This document shows positions 1-8,076 of a stretch of 64,000 nt of DNA, one piece after another; the stretch's first letter is position 1, and the number at the start of each line of letters is the position of its first letter. Origin of the DNA: a virus. The stretch spans positions 1 through 64,000 of the IMG/VR virus record IMGVR_UViG_3300034175_000017; one strand, 5' to 3'. The translations under genes were made by a program, and so were the position numbers. Under the pieces are notes generated by a model. That model saw only the letters and a list, made by a program, of their open reading frames with translations, ran no database searches and was not told the DNA's origin.

Positions 1-390
1 AGCAGTGCAAGCGTAGTGGATGCCCTTACCCTCGAAAGGGATCGCCCAATCAGGGCGATTGTAATGAGCACCGCACGCCAGAATGAGCGAACGAGTTGAG
101 AGCCGAGTGCCGCAGTCGAGGTGAACCTCAAAACCGTCACGCAGCCGATCAACCGTGCCCTCATGGATCATTGCGCCGAACTTCTTGGCTTGCTTGCAGG
201 CACGCTCGGTCAAGTTGGGACCGCTGATGCCGTCAGGAAAGCCAAGGAAGTTCTCGATGCGAGAGGAAGTGCCAGCCTGCCCGCCAATGTGGTTGGCAAT
301 GAGAAGCGTTTCGAGGCCCTCACAGGCGGCGTTCACTGCGGCAGACAGGCCCGCAGGCCCGCCGCCGATAATCACTACGTCGTATGGCAT
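1..390 (-). CDS. Thioredoxin-reductase-like FAD-dependent oxidoreductase, N-terminal part (runs off window edge; not in ORF track)
   Basis: Manual translation from ATG at 390: MPYDVVIIGGGPAGLSAAVNAACEGLETLLIANHIGGQAGTSSRIENFLGFPDGISGPNL...SLILACGA...GKGIHYACTA. It has the GxGxxG FAD motif and the TrxR-type GGQ..IENxLGFP and ATG-like motifs. ATG overlaps the stop of the upstream ORF. Confidence 0.85.
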   Translation of the reverse strand, partial: MPYDVVIIGGGPAGLSAAVNAACEGLETLLIANHIGGQAGTSSRIENFLGFPDGISGPNLTERACKQAKKFGAMIHEGTVDRLRDGFEVHLDCGTRLSTRSLILACGAHYNRPDWAIPFEGKGIHYACTA

Positions 391-743
391 CACGCCTCCT
401 CAATGTCGCAGGGGTCCAGAAGGACGGTGATTTCTTCGGTCAAGCCCATTTCAGGGTTCTTGAGTAGAAGGTCGAACGCATTCCGCATCGAGCGGGCGAG
501 TTCGGTGCGGGACTGATTGTTGGCGTCAGCGAGGGTCAACATCATGTTGAACCCTGCGACCATGTAACAGCCGGGGCACAGGTCCTGATCGACACGCTGT
601 GCAGGGGTGCGCTCCCCCTGATACTCGTCACGCATCCGACGCTCAAGGTGCTCGGCAATGCGAACACCCATGACGGCACGCTGGCCGTCGTCAATGTGGA
701 TGAGTTGGGGCTTGCCACCGTAAACGCGGGTATCGGCAATCAT
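390..743 (-). CDS. Hypothetical protein (CxxC motif CPGC)
   Basis: ORF 390..770; likely start MIADTR at 743 with GAGG upstream. Confidence 0.6.
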   Translation of the reverse strand: MIADTRVYGGKPQLIHIDDGQRAVMGVRIAEHLERRMRDEYQGERTPAQRVDQDLCPGCYMVAGFNMMLTLADANNQSRTELARSMRNAFDLLLKNPEMGLTEEITVLLDPCDIEEA

Positions 744-826
744 TGGGATATTCCTCTCTTGGGTTTGCACAACGTAGTGCGAAAGGTTGATCTGAACAGG
801 GTGAAAGGTGGAGATTACTTAGTATG

Positions 827-1009
827 TTAGAAAAAGCCCTCCCCAATGACGTATGCCGTTCCCAAAAGAATGACGGCAACGATGCCCACCAACACGCCGG
901 GGTGGACAAGTGGGAGAACGAACGCAAAGAACGTGCTGACCGCTACGCCGATCAGTCCGATCACGAACAGCACGACTAGGCCGAGAAGTATGGCAAGAAT
1001 GGTTTTCAT
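827..1009 (-). CDS. Small membrane protein (2 TM)
   Basis: MKTILAILLGLVVLFVIGLIG..., highly hydrophobic; start overlaps the upstream stop. Confidence 0.65.
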   Translation of the reverse strand: MKTILAILLGLVVLFVIGLIGVAVSTFFAFVLPLVHPGVLVGIVAVILLGTAYVIGEGFF

Positions 1010-1248
1010 CCGAAAGCCCTCATGAGTGCTGCGAAAATGAGGTCGCGCTCCTCTTGCCGATTGGCAGTGAACTTCATACGCTGCTCGTCGCCGCAGCGGG
1101 GGCACTGGTGGCCCTCGTCAAACGTCGCATCGCTCTGCTGCACGTCGTCCTCGTTGTGCTTCCACACAGTGCCGCAGGAGTTGCACTTGTGCTTGTGCTC
1201 ATTGTGTCCAACGCGATGGTCTGCGTCACACAGTTGGTTCACGCTCAT
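1006..1248 (-). CDS. Small zinc-ribbon-like protein
   Basis: HKHKCNSCG...HQCPRCG, two CxxC pairs. Confidence 0.6.
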   Translation of the reverse strand: MSVNQLCDADHRVGHNEHKHKCNSCGTVWKHNEDDVQQSDATFDEGHQCPRCGDEQRMKFTANRQEERDLIFAALMRAFG

Positions 1249-1399
1249 TGGAATGTTCCTTTACTTTAGGAGGGCGTTGTCGCGGACATACACGGTCGCA
1301 CCGGGCAGTCCTTCGGTGATGACGGCCAAGGCACGCTTAGCCTTCAATTCTGCCTGCACAGGGCGGGCGCGGAGGTTGGGGACGTGGGACTTGAACATA

Positions 1400-1606
1400 T
1401 TATTTCGGCTCCAGAGTTACGAAGTCCCTGCCATATCGAATGACAAGGCGTTCGCCGTTCCAATTTCGGACGCGACGGATTTCGCGCCCGAGTTGTGTGT
1501 TGTCGTGAACCATGCGGATCACCATGTCGTAGGCAATCAGCTTGGCCTTATCGAGCGTGTTGCGGTTGACCTCACGACCGAGAAGCGTCTCCGTTAGACG
1601 GAACAT
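1400..1606 (-). CDS. Hypothetical protein
   Basis: MFRLTETLLG... with AAGGAG upstream; packed in the early operon. Confidence 0.5.
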   Translation of the reverse strand: MFRLTETLLGREVNRNTLDKAKLIAYDMVIRMVHDNTQLGREIRRVRNWNGERLVIRYGRDFVTLEPK

Positions 1607-1907
1607 TGAACAACTCCTTGATTTTAAGGAAGCCCTCGCGCTGCTCAATCTTGGCACGGTAGCGTTCCATGCGTCGAACAGCGTGGAAGATGCGAAGGGC
1701 ATCGAACACGCCAAGCATAATCTTGGGCTTGCCTTGCCACTGTCGGCCAAACTCGACGTATGGTTCCTGTCGTGCTTTGCCGGTGAACACCGTGATGTGT
1801 GGCTCGATGTTCTCCTTCGTGTAGAAGTAGGGCCTGTCGCCCGTCCACTTTTCGGGTTCGTGTCGCAGCATGGCGACGACGATGCTAATCGCTGGGTTGA
1901 ATATCAT
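1572..1907 (-). CDS. Hypothetical protein
   Basis: Fits the tiled minus-strand gene array. Confidence 0.55.
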   Translation of the reverse strand: MIFNPAISIVVAMLRHEPEKWTGDRPYFYTKENIEPHITVFTGKARQEPYVEFGRQWQGKPKIMLGVFDALRIFHAVRRMERYRAKIEQREGFLKIKELFNVPSNGDASRS

Positions 1908-2313
1908 AAAGGGACCTCACGATTTTGACCATGTAGTCGATTGCTGCATCGAGCGTGAGAGCAGGGGCTTCGATCAGCCACGCATATTGCCACGCTTCGT
2001 CGGGCATAACAGGTGGCCAGATGGTTGCCTTGAACGCTGGCACACCGCCGACTCTTCCACGCTTGGCGATACCGATTTCTTCCCACGTTGGACGGCTTGG
2101 AACGGGGATATAGCTCTCCGTTTGGCCGTCCCACGTCCGACGAAAGCCGGGGCGTATTACTGCACTTCTCCATGCATTTGACTTGCCGCTAAGGGCGTTG
2201 GTGAAGTGAATTAGGTAAGTGTCCTTACCAATTACTTCGTGGGACCTGATGAATACTTGCCGCTCTTGGTAGTATCCATAAGGGATGAGGCCACTTTCAG
2301 GTAGTGTGAGCAT
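1885..2313 (-). CDS. Hypothetical protein
   Basis: Tiled array; GGAGAAG upstream. Confidence 0.55.
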   Translation of the reverse strand: MLTLPESGLIPYGYYQERQVFIRSHEVIGKDTYLIHFTNALSGKSNAWRSAVIRPGFRRTWDGQTESYIPVPSRPTWEEIGIAKRGRVGGVPAFKATIWPPVMPDEAWQYAWLIEAPALTLDAAIDYMVKIVRSLYDIQPSD

Positions 2314-2491
2314 CGACTTCTCCCGATAAACGCACCACCACGCACTGCGGATTGGGGATGCGGAGCAGATCGCCGGGGTGCATCAGTGCAAGCCGAGCGA
2401 ACGTTGGTGCCCAATCCCATGCAGGAGCAATTGCTTGCGCTGCACGGGTGGCGTTGTCGTAGATGTGGCCGTTGATGAGATACTTACGCAT
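2297..2491 (-). CDS. Hypothetical protein
   Basis: Tiled array with short overlaps. Confidence 0.5.
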   Translation of the reverse strand: MRKYLINGHIYDNATRAAQAIAPAWDWAPTFARLALMHPGDLLRIPNPQCVVVRLSGEVDAHTT

Positions 2492-2777
2492 CTTCGGAGA
2501 CCTTGATACCTTTCAGCATGTTGATGAAGTTTTGGTCGGCCTTGCCTTCGTCCTTGACGAGGCGTTGGAAGTTCTTCGCAGCCCACGAAGCGCGAGGCTT
2601 GTCAGGCCGACCCGGATACTCGGCCAGATAGAACACGGTCTGGCCCATGATGGTGTCGCTGCCGATCACCGTGACGATTTCGCCGTAGTTGGGCGCGGCG
2701 TAGGAGACGGGCTTGAGGTTGTAGACGTTGACCCATGCACCCTTCTTGATGCACACCATTTTCTGTTCACTTGCCAT
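2484..2777 (-). CDS. Hypothetical protein
   Basis: GGAGG SD; tiled array. Confidence 0.6.
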   Translation of the reverse strand: MASEQKMVCIKKGAWVNVYNLKPVSYAAPNYGEIVTVIGSDTIMGQTVFYLAEYPGRPDKPRASWAAKNFQRLVKDEGKADQNFINMLKGIKVSEDA

Positions 2778-3183
2778 TGTCGAGCACCTCCGTGTTCAGG
2801 CCATAAGCATTCGCAATGCTACGAGCGCCGGGGATGAGCCGAGTGAGGAAGTCCTCGGGCACGTTTGCGGCGTTGTCGTGAGCGTGCTGGATGCGCTTAG
2901 CCAGTTCCAGTTCGAGACCTTCGGAAGGTAGGCCAGCCGCTTCCCGAAGTTCCTTGTTAAAGTCGCTGGCGAAGCCGCCAACAAGCAGGTTCTCGAACTC
3001 GGGGCGGTAGAGTTCGTCAGGGATAAGCTGCCCGACGCCGCACTTGAGGCCCGTTTCCGTGCGGTAGCTGCACATGCCATTGGCGTTGAGGGCAGGGGCA
3101 CCTTGGGCAATCACACCTGAGACGGCGGTGTCGAAGATTTCTTGAAGTGAGCGCATGTTGTTCATCCCTTGTGGATTGGGCAC
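2767..3183 (-). CDS. Conserved phage hypothetical protein (C-x-Y-R...C-x-V-G...HD pattern, possible metal binding)
   Basis: QEIFD...MCSYR...KCGVGQLIPD...IQHAHD, a pattern recurrent in phage early proteins. Confidence 0.65.
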   Translation of the reverse strand: MPNPQGMNNMRSLQEIFDTAVSGVIAQGAPALNANGMCSYRTETGLKCGVGQLIPDELYRPEFENLLVGGFASDFNKELREAAGLPSEGLELELAKRIQHAHDNAANVPEDFLTRLIPGARSIANAYGLNTEVLDNGK

Positions 3184-3374
3184 AAGCAGCCTGCCTGCTT
3201 GAACCGCTTGCGTTGCGAGGCGAAGATCACGCGGGAACGTGCCGTTCCATCGGCATGACCGGGGCGAGCGGCGCGGGCACCCTCAACCGTATCGAAGGTG
3301 CGGGCTAACTCGCCCCACGTTCCATCCGGTTGGAGTGCCATGCCGTCATTTTGGACGACGACGTATAAGCTCAT
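3162..3374 (-). CDS. Hypothetical protein
   Basis: MSLYVVVQNDG..., 3' part of ORF 3162..3596. Confidence 0.45.
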   Translation of the reverse strand: MSLYVVVQNDGMALQPDGTWGELARTFDTVEGARAARPGHADGTARSRVIFASQRKRFKQAGCLCPIHKG

Positions 3375-4374
3375 TGTTCGCTTTCTGGATGAGGTGATTG
3401 TGAGGGCGAAACTTGGGTGGCTTAGAAGGCTTCCGCAAGGTAGCCACGTCACGGAGGAAGACTTCGACGCCCCCGAAGTTCTCCAGAGCATTGCGGCGAG
3501 CAACTTCGCGGTCCATGCGGGCAAGTGCCTGCACTTGGCGAGCGTGTTCAGCAACGCCAAACTCCCGACGAACAGGCACGATAACTTCAGCACCACGCCG
3601 AGCCATTGCGATCATTTCGTCGTGCATGAGGTTAGCGAAGCGGCCAGCCTGCGGCCTGCCCACGAACTCACCGCCAAACCCGACAAGCTCAACGCAAGGG
3701 TTCTCGTCAACGAACGCCTTGCCAAGGTCACGCGCAGTGATGGTATCGCACCATCCCCAACCCGCAGGCTTGGGAGGGCCAAACATCTGTGGGGCGTCCT
3801 TGAGTTGGTCAGAGCCATACCCAAGGCCGTGAAAGCTTGAGCATGGGTCTGTAATGACCAGTTGGTCGCCACGCATCATGCAGTTGCGGTCCGCAACGTC
3901 GTTGAAGTTGCGAGCACCGAACCCACGGATTAGTTCTTGCAGTTCCGGGTAGGGGTGGACGATTGCTCCACGCTTGGCGTCGTAGATTTGGTCAATCAGG
4001 CTGTTGAGTTCGTCACGTCGAGGGTGGTAACGAACCTCTGTGAGTTTTTCGAGCACATAGATCGTGCAGCCGTTAAGCTTGATCTTGGCCCGGATGCGGG
4101 GGGCGAACGGATTTGTGGTGGTCATGCAGTAGTCTGCATAAGCGGCGTAGGCTTCGTCGCCGTTGTTGCAGTCCAGCTTCATCACCCACTTGGAGTTGAT
4201 GGGGTAGACCTTGCTGAAATGGCCCTCACCCAAATAGCTCACGCCGAGCACGTCGCACAACTTCTGCATCCGGGTGCGAAACTCGCCGTTGTAAATGTAG
4301 GAGGTGGCGTTGGGGTCGAAATACTTTGCCGGATTGGCGTAGTAGTCCTTAGCGAGCGAAATAATTTTGGACAC
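3346..4374 (-). CDS. Ser/Thr protein kinase, T7 gp0.7-like
   Basis: Gly loop LGEGHFSKVY, VMK lysine, AYAAYADYC, catalytic loop NDVADRNCM and ITDP. These parallel T7 gp0.7 LGNGHFS/VIK/DMHSGNIM/ITDP. Confidence 0.8.
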   Translation of the reverse strand: MSKIISLAKDYYANPAKYFDPNATSYIYNGEFRTRMQKLCDVLGVSYLGEGHFSKVYPINSKWVMKLDCNNGDEAYAAYADYCMTTTNPFAPRIRAKIKLNGCTIYVLEKLTEVRYHPRRDELNSLIDQIYDAKRGAIVHPYPELQELIRGFGARNFNDVADRNCMMRGDQLVITDPCSSFHGLGYGSDQLKDAPQMFGPPKPAGWGWCDTITARDLGKAFVDENPCVELVGFGGEFVGRPQAGRFANLMHDEMIAMARRGAEVIVPVRREFGVAEHARQVQALARMDREVARRNALENFGGVEVFLRDVATLRKPSKPPKFRPHNHLIQKANNELIRRRPK

Positions 4375-4549
4375 GGAGAATCTCCAGCGATTGAGGCTCA
4401 GGGTCAGTGACTATGGGAGCGAAGAAGCATTCCGAGCGGCGCGGCTTGCGGCCAAGCTTGCCCGATAAGTGCTCCACGGCCTCCAGTTGGGAGAGGCCGT
4501 AGCCGGTGGTCCCGCAGGGGGTGGTGACTTGGTAGGCGACAATACGCAT
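4349..4549 (-). CDS. Hypothetical protein
   Basis: MRIVAYQV... with GGAGAG upstream. Confidence 0.45.
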   Translation of the reverse strand: MRIVAYQVTTPCGTTGYGLSQLEAVEHLSGKLGRKPRRSECFFAPIVTDPEPQSLEILRVQNYFAR

Positions 4550-4625
4550 ATCGACTCTCCGATGGAAAGGGCACGCCGTGCAGCGATTGCGACGGCTGCG
4601 TGGGGGTATGTGATGTTGGTGTATT

Positions 4626-4916
4626 TCACCCAAGCTTGCTTTCGTAATAGATGCCGACCAGCACCGAGATTGCGATCAGGGCGGTGAAGCCCATGAATGC
4701 GAACCCGAAGAAGATGGTCGTCCACACCGAGTTGAACAGGAAGGCGAGTGCGAAAAACACAGCGCAGATCGCGGCCACGAACGAGAACACGAATGCCAGT
4801 TCACCGGCAGTGCGAACGCGTCGCGCATTCCGATAGTCGGCCTTGTCGTCATTGAGCATGGCCAAGCTGTTGTAGTGCTCCTCATTGAGGCGGCGGCGAA
4901 GGTCTTTGCGGTCCAT
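4626..4916 (-). CDS. Membrane protein (2 TM)
   Basis: MDRKDLRR... followed by two hydrophobic helices. Confidence 0.6.
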   Translation of the reverse strand: MDRKDLRRRLNEEHYNSLAMLNDDKADYRNARRVRTAGELAFVFSFVAAICAVFFALAFLFNSVWTTIFFGFAFMGFTALIAISVLVGIYYESKLG

Positions 4917-5085
4917 TACTGGTGGTCCTTGATGATGATGGTCAGCATGGAGACGGGCACGCTGACGAGGAAAGCCATGATAAGCGGCATATAGCCATAC
5001 TCGCCAAGCTCGAACGTCATGAAGGAAAGGGCGACCAACGCCACAGCGAGCAGAGTGACCACAATGGTCAGGGCCAGTGCAATTC

Positions 5086-5235
5086 TCATTTGATGTTCGC
5101 CTCAATGCGGTTGCGCTCTGCCGCGATTGCCCGAATGGCGTCGGGGCAGATAACGTGGGTGGAGTTCTTGAGCAGATCAGTCAGGGCGAGCACTACGCGC
5201 TGGCAGTCCGCTTTGTCAGACGGGTGCATTGCCAT
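5086..5235 (-). CDS. Small hypothetical protein
   Basis: MAMHPSDKADC... with GGAG SD. Confidence 0.55.
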   Translation of the reverse strand: MAMHPSDKADCQRVVLALTDLLKNSTHVICPDAIRAIAAERNRIEANIK

Positions 5236-5392
5236 TGTTGTTCTCCAATGAAAACAGTGGACGAGACCACAGCTTGCAAAGCCGGTAGTTGAGCCGCTAC
5301 CGGACGGCACTTAAACATTTATGCAAAAGCGCGCTTGCGCTGCGGGTTACATTGTCCGTCTCCTTTTGGCCGTCGCACTCGGCTTTGGGGTG

Positions 5393-5602
5393 TTAGCCCC
5401 GCACGCACCAACGGTCGTCGGTCATGCGGAGAACTTCTTTCCATTCGCCATTGGGTAGGGCGATGTCGGAAATCTTGGAGGTGACTTGGACGCAGCCCAA
5501 GCGTTGGGATTCGGTGGGGAGCAGTTCTGAACCCATCCAAAAGAGGCCAGCCAGCAGTGTGGCATACATGGAGAGGGCGAGTAGGATGTTGGGGTAGCGC
5601 AT
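5393..5602 (-). CDS. Small membrane-anchored protein
   Basis: MRYPNILLALSMYATLLAGLFW...; AAGGAG SD. Confidence 0.55.
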   Translation of the reverse strand: MRYPNILLALSMYATLLAGLFWMGSELLPTESQRLGCVQVTSKISDIALPNGEWKEVLRMTDDRWCVRG

Positions 5603-5659
5603 GGGATAACTCCTTGAGTTAAGTGACCAGCGCGGGCAGGGCTGGTCACTTAACACAAG

Positions 5660-5810
5660 TTAGTCCGAACCTCTCCAAAAGTTACAGACTGTTCATCCTA
5701 TATATACTCTCTTTTCTTATTATTACTTAGTATAAGAAGAAAAACAGATAAATGATAGAGAGAGTATAAAGACTCTTTTTTCGACCGAACCCATATTTGG
5801 AGGTGGCTGT
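5660..5810. other. AT-rich intergenic region with nested inverted repeats (candidate replication origin or control site)
   Basis: Strongly AT-rich against the GC-rich genome; TATACTCTCT(5703-5712)/AGAGAGTATA(5759-5768) and TTCTTAT(5714-5720)/ATAAGAA(5732-5738). Confidence 0.4.
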
Positions 5811-5839
5811 TTTTCCCAAGAGTTGGCGTAATTTCCCAA

Positions 5840-6385
5840 CTATAGGGCTAATGCACCAAACGCAGCGGCCTGAACCGAGCGATTGCGGCGTCCAGCGGCA
5901 TTTGTGAGGCGGTTGACTTGTCCGTGCGACAGGCCCGTTAGTTTGGCGATATCCGATTGCTTCATCCCACGCTTCCGTAGCTCTAGGAGTGACATTCGGA
6001 CTACATCAGGCACCTTGCCTTTGGTCCACCCCCCATCCTTCATGGCCGCAAGTATGCCTAAGCCCTGATCTAGGCCCATGCACTCCACATTCCTGCGAAT
6101 AGGCTCGCTTGCCTCATCGCCTACATGGTCCCGCAGAAACAGATAGGCCCGGATTGTGGCGGGGGCCTTCCAATGCAGGATGTATCGGGCATGATCTAGC
6201 CCGATGCTCTCCACAAAGGCGACGAGTTCCAGCGCGTCCCACCAATCCAGATGCTTGAACCGGAAATATTGGGCAACGCGCCGGAACTTCTGTGACGCAT
6301 AGCGTTCAGCCGTGGGCAGCAACGCGTCCATGTGGAACGGCAGGGAGTTTGGCGGGCAGGACGACATGGGGAATGCCTGTAGCAT
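5840..6385 (-). CDS. Protein with C-terminal helix-turn-helix (start uncertain)
   Basis: LLELRKRGMKQSDIAKLTGLSHGQVNRL. Confidence 0.7.
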   Translation of the reverse strand: MLQAFPMSSCPPNSLPFHMDALLPTAERYASQKFRRVAQYFRFKHLDWWDALELVAFVESIGLDHARYILHWKAPATIRAYLFLRDHVGDEASEPIRRNVECMGLDQGLGILAAMKDGGWTKGKVPDVVRMSLLELRKRGMKQSDIAKLTGLSHGQVNRLTNAAGRRNRSVQAAAFGALAL

Positions 6386-6480
6386 CCTCGGCGTCGTCAG
6401 CCAAGCGTGTGGCGTGGCGATACGTCATTGGGTTCGGGTTCATGGCGAGGGCGCGTTCTGTGTTCCAGACGATGTAGGAT

Positions 6481-6765
6481 TTACGCATTTCGATATTCCT
6501 CTTTCTTGAGCATGGAGATAGTCGCACGGCCAATGGCCATGACTTGGTTCACCTCACGCCTTTGCTGAACCATCTTGGGACAAGGTGGCTTTGGCTTGGG
6601 CGCAACTGTGATCTTGGGGCGAAGCTTGAGAAGCTTCTTAACGTGGCCCTTACTCGGAGGCGTGTAGGTCCGCGCCTTGTCGAAACATTCCGCCGCATAT
6701 TGCGTATCGCCGCGAGCGTTATCGCGCAGATACGGCCAGACGGCATAAATCTCGGACGTGGACAT
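6481..6765 (-). CDS. Basic hypothetical early protein
   Basis: GGAG SD; first gene after the palindromic site. Confidence 0.55.
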   Translation of the reverse strand: MSTSEIYAVWPYLRDNARGDTQYAAECFDKARTYTPPSKGHVKKLLKLRPKITVAPKPKPPCPKMVQQRREVNQVMAIGRATISMLKKEEYRNA

Positions 6766-6822
6766 TTGGGAAACTCCGCAAAGCCGGAAAAATCCGGGCG
6801 ACCCCTACAAACTGAACAAAAC

Positions 6823-6841
6823 GACTTAAACTGTTTAAGTC
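6823..6841. promoter_or_regulatory. Palindromic operator-like site GACTTAAAC-T-GTTTAAGTC (copy 1)
   Basis: Perfect 9-1-9 inverted repeat, repeated at 6932 and 7684. Confidence 0.7.
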
Positions 6842-6900
6842 TGGCGATGAAGATGCACCACGCGCAGTTGCGCTCATGCACCTACATGGCAAGACTTCTC

Positions 6901-6924
6901 ACCCCCTGCCAGACGGCAGGGGGT
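6901..6924. terminator. GC-rich hairpin downstream of the 233-aa gene (terminator or processing site)
   Basis: ACCCCCTGCC-AGAC-GGCAGGGGGT; no clear U-tract. Confidence 0.45.
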
Positions 6925-6931
6925 GGAAGGG

Positions 6932-6946
6932 CTTAAACTGTTTAAG
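6932..6946. promoter_or_regulatory. Palindromic site CTTAAAC-T-GTTTAAG (copy 2)
   Basis: Identical core to the 6823 and 7684 copies. Confidence 0.7.
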
Positions 6947-6948
6947 TG

Positions 6949-7650
6949 TTAGGCGGCGATTGCTTCCACTTCGGGCTGTGCGGTGACTTCCACGTCACTG
7001 TTTACCGCTTCCACTAGTAGGGCGATTGCATCGTGCGCCGCTTCCCGCTCCTCAAGAGGGGCGGCACGATAGGCGGCAAGTAGGGCTTCCGCCATGCTGG
7101 CAAGGCTAGGGGCTTCCCCTTCCACTGGTGGAACAGGGTTGGCGTTGGCGTTGGCTTCCCCTTCCGAAGCGTCCGCTTGTGCCTTGGCAGCTTCCAATTC
7201 AGCGGCCTTCTTTGCCGCCTTCTTGGCGTCCGCTTCCGCCTTGCGGAAGCCGTTGGCAAGATAATGGATTGAGGACAATCCAGCGAGGACTTGATCCCGC
7301 TGTTCCTCGCTTAGCGTGCTCCACTTTTCAGCGACAAGGCGAGCATTGGAAAAGTAAACTTCCAACCGGCCTTTGGCCTTCTTGCCGTTGTCGCTTGTGC
7401 CTAGCGTCTGCCAACCCGCCGCCACCTTGCTATCGCCGATTAGAGCATCAAGGTTGGCGTTGTCCCGATATACAGCCCGGAACAGTGACGTTCCCCAAGA
7501 CTTAGCCGTGTCGCCAATGGCAGCTTCCGCCTTAACAGTCTGTTCCACGATGGAAGCGGCACTTGCGAGCATTAGCGAACGGCTATCCAGTGCTTCCGTA
7601 TCAAGCACGATTGCGGAGTCGTTGGCGTTGTCGATGATAACTTGCGTCAT
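6949..7650 (-). CDS. Hypothetical protein, first gene of the leftward early operon (Ala-rich, acidic C-terminus)
   Basis: Long clean ORF with protein-like composition. Confidence 0.8.
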   Translation of the reverse strand: MTQVIIDNANDSAIVLDTEALDSRSLMLASAASIVEQTVKAEAAIGDTAKSWGTSLFRAVYRDNANLDALIGDSKVAAGWQTLGTSDNGKKAKGRLEVYFSNARLVAEKWSTLSEEQRDQVLAGLSSIHYLANGFRKAEADAKKAAKKAAELEAAKAQADASEGEANANANPVPPVEGEAPSLASMAEALLAAYRAAPLEEREAAHDAIALLVEAVNSDVEVTAQPEVEAIAA

Positions 7651-7683
7651 TGGATAATTCCCTATGGGATAGTGTGGAAGGAA

Positions 7684-7704
7684 AGACTTAAACTGTTTAA
7701 GTCT
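7684..7704. promoter_or_regulatory. Palindromic site AGACTTAAAC-T-GTTTAAGTCT (copy 3)
   Basis: Perfect 10-1-10 inverted repeat about 34 nt upstream of the 7650 start. Confidence 0.7.
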
Positions 7705-8041
7705 CGTTCCAACTCATGTTGGCGCAATCCTCCCGCCTCCAAAGCAGCCTTGTTAGGGGCGGGGAGGGGGTGCTAGGCCAACGCTCGCACCCTATATAGG
7801 GCACAGCGGCGGCCAACCCGGCGAACCGAGGATTGAAACAACAATGAGAAAGAACGAGTCACCCCCAAATAGTAAAACGTAAGGGAGGCAAAGCGATGGT
7901 CTATCGGGCTAGGGTAAAGACATACCCTAAGCCATAGCTAACCCCTTGAAGGGTAACACAATTTATTCTTTCTTTTCCCCGCCCCTACCTACATTATCCC
8001 TCCTCCCCTCCGAAAATATTTTTCGTCGTTTTACGAAAGAC

Positions 8042-8070
8042 TTGACGTATTCTTTTCTTAAGTCTAGGTT
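8042..8070 (+). promoter_or_regulatory. Putative sigma70-type promoter (leaderless HNH transcript)
   Basis: TTGACG-17nt-TAGGTT, then ATG after 6 nt; no SD. Confidence 0.45.
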
Positions 8071-8076
8071 CTGCTG

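Noticed and set aside
121-516. Plus-strand ORFs at the window start
   Set aside because: Shadow of the minus-strand TrxR-like gene.
6823-7704. Palindromic repeats as a CRISPR array or CtrA boxes
   Set aside because: Only three copies with irregular spacing (~110 and ~750 nt), one gap being a gene, and no cas genes. The TTAA spacing is N5, not the CtrA N7.
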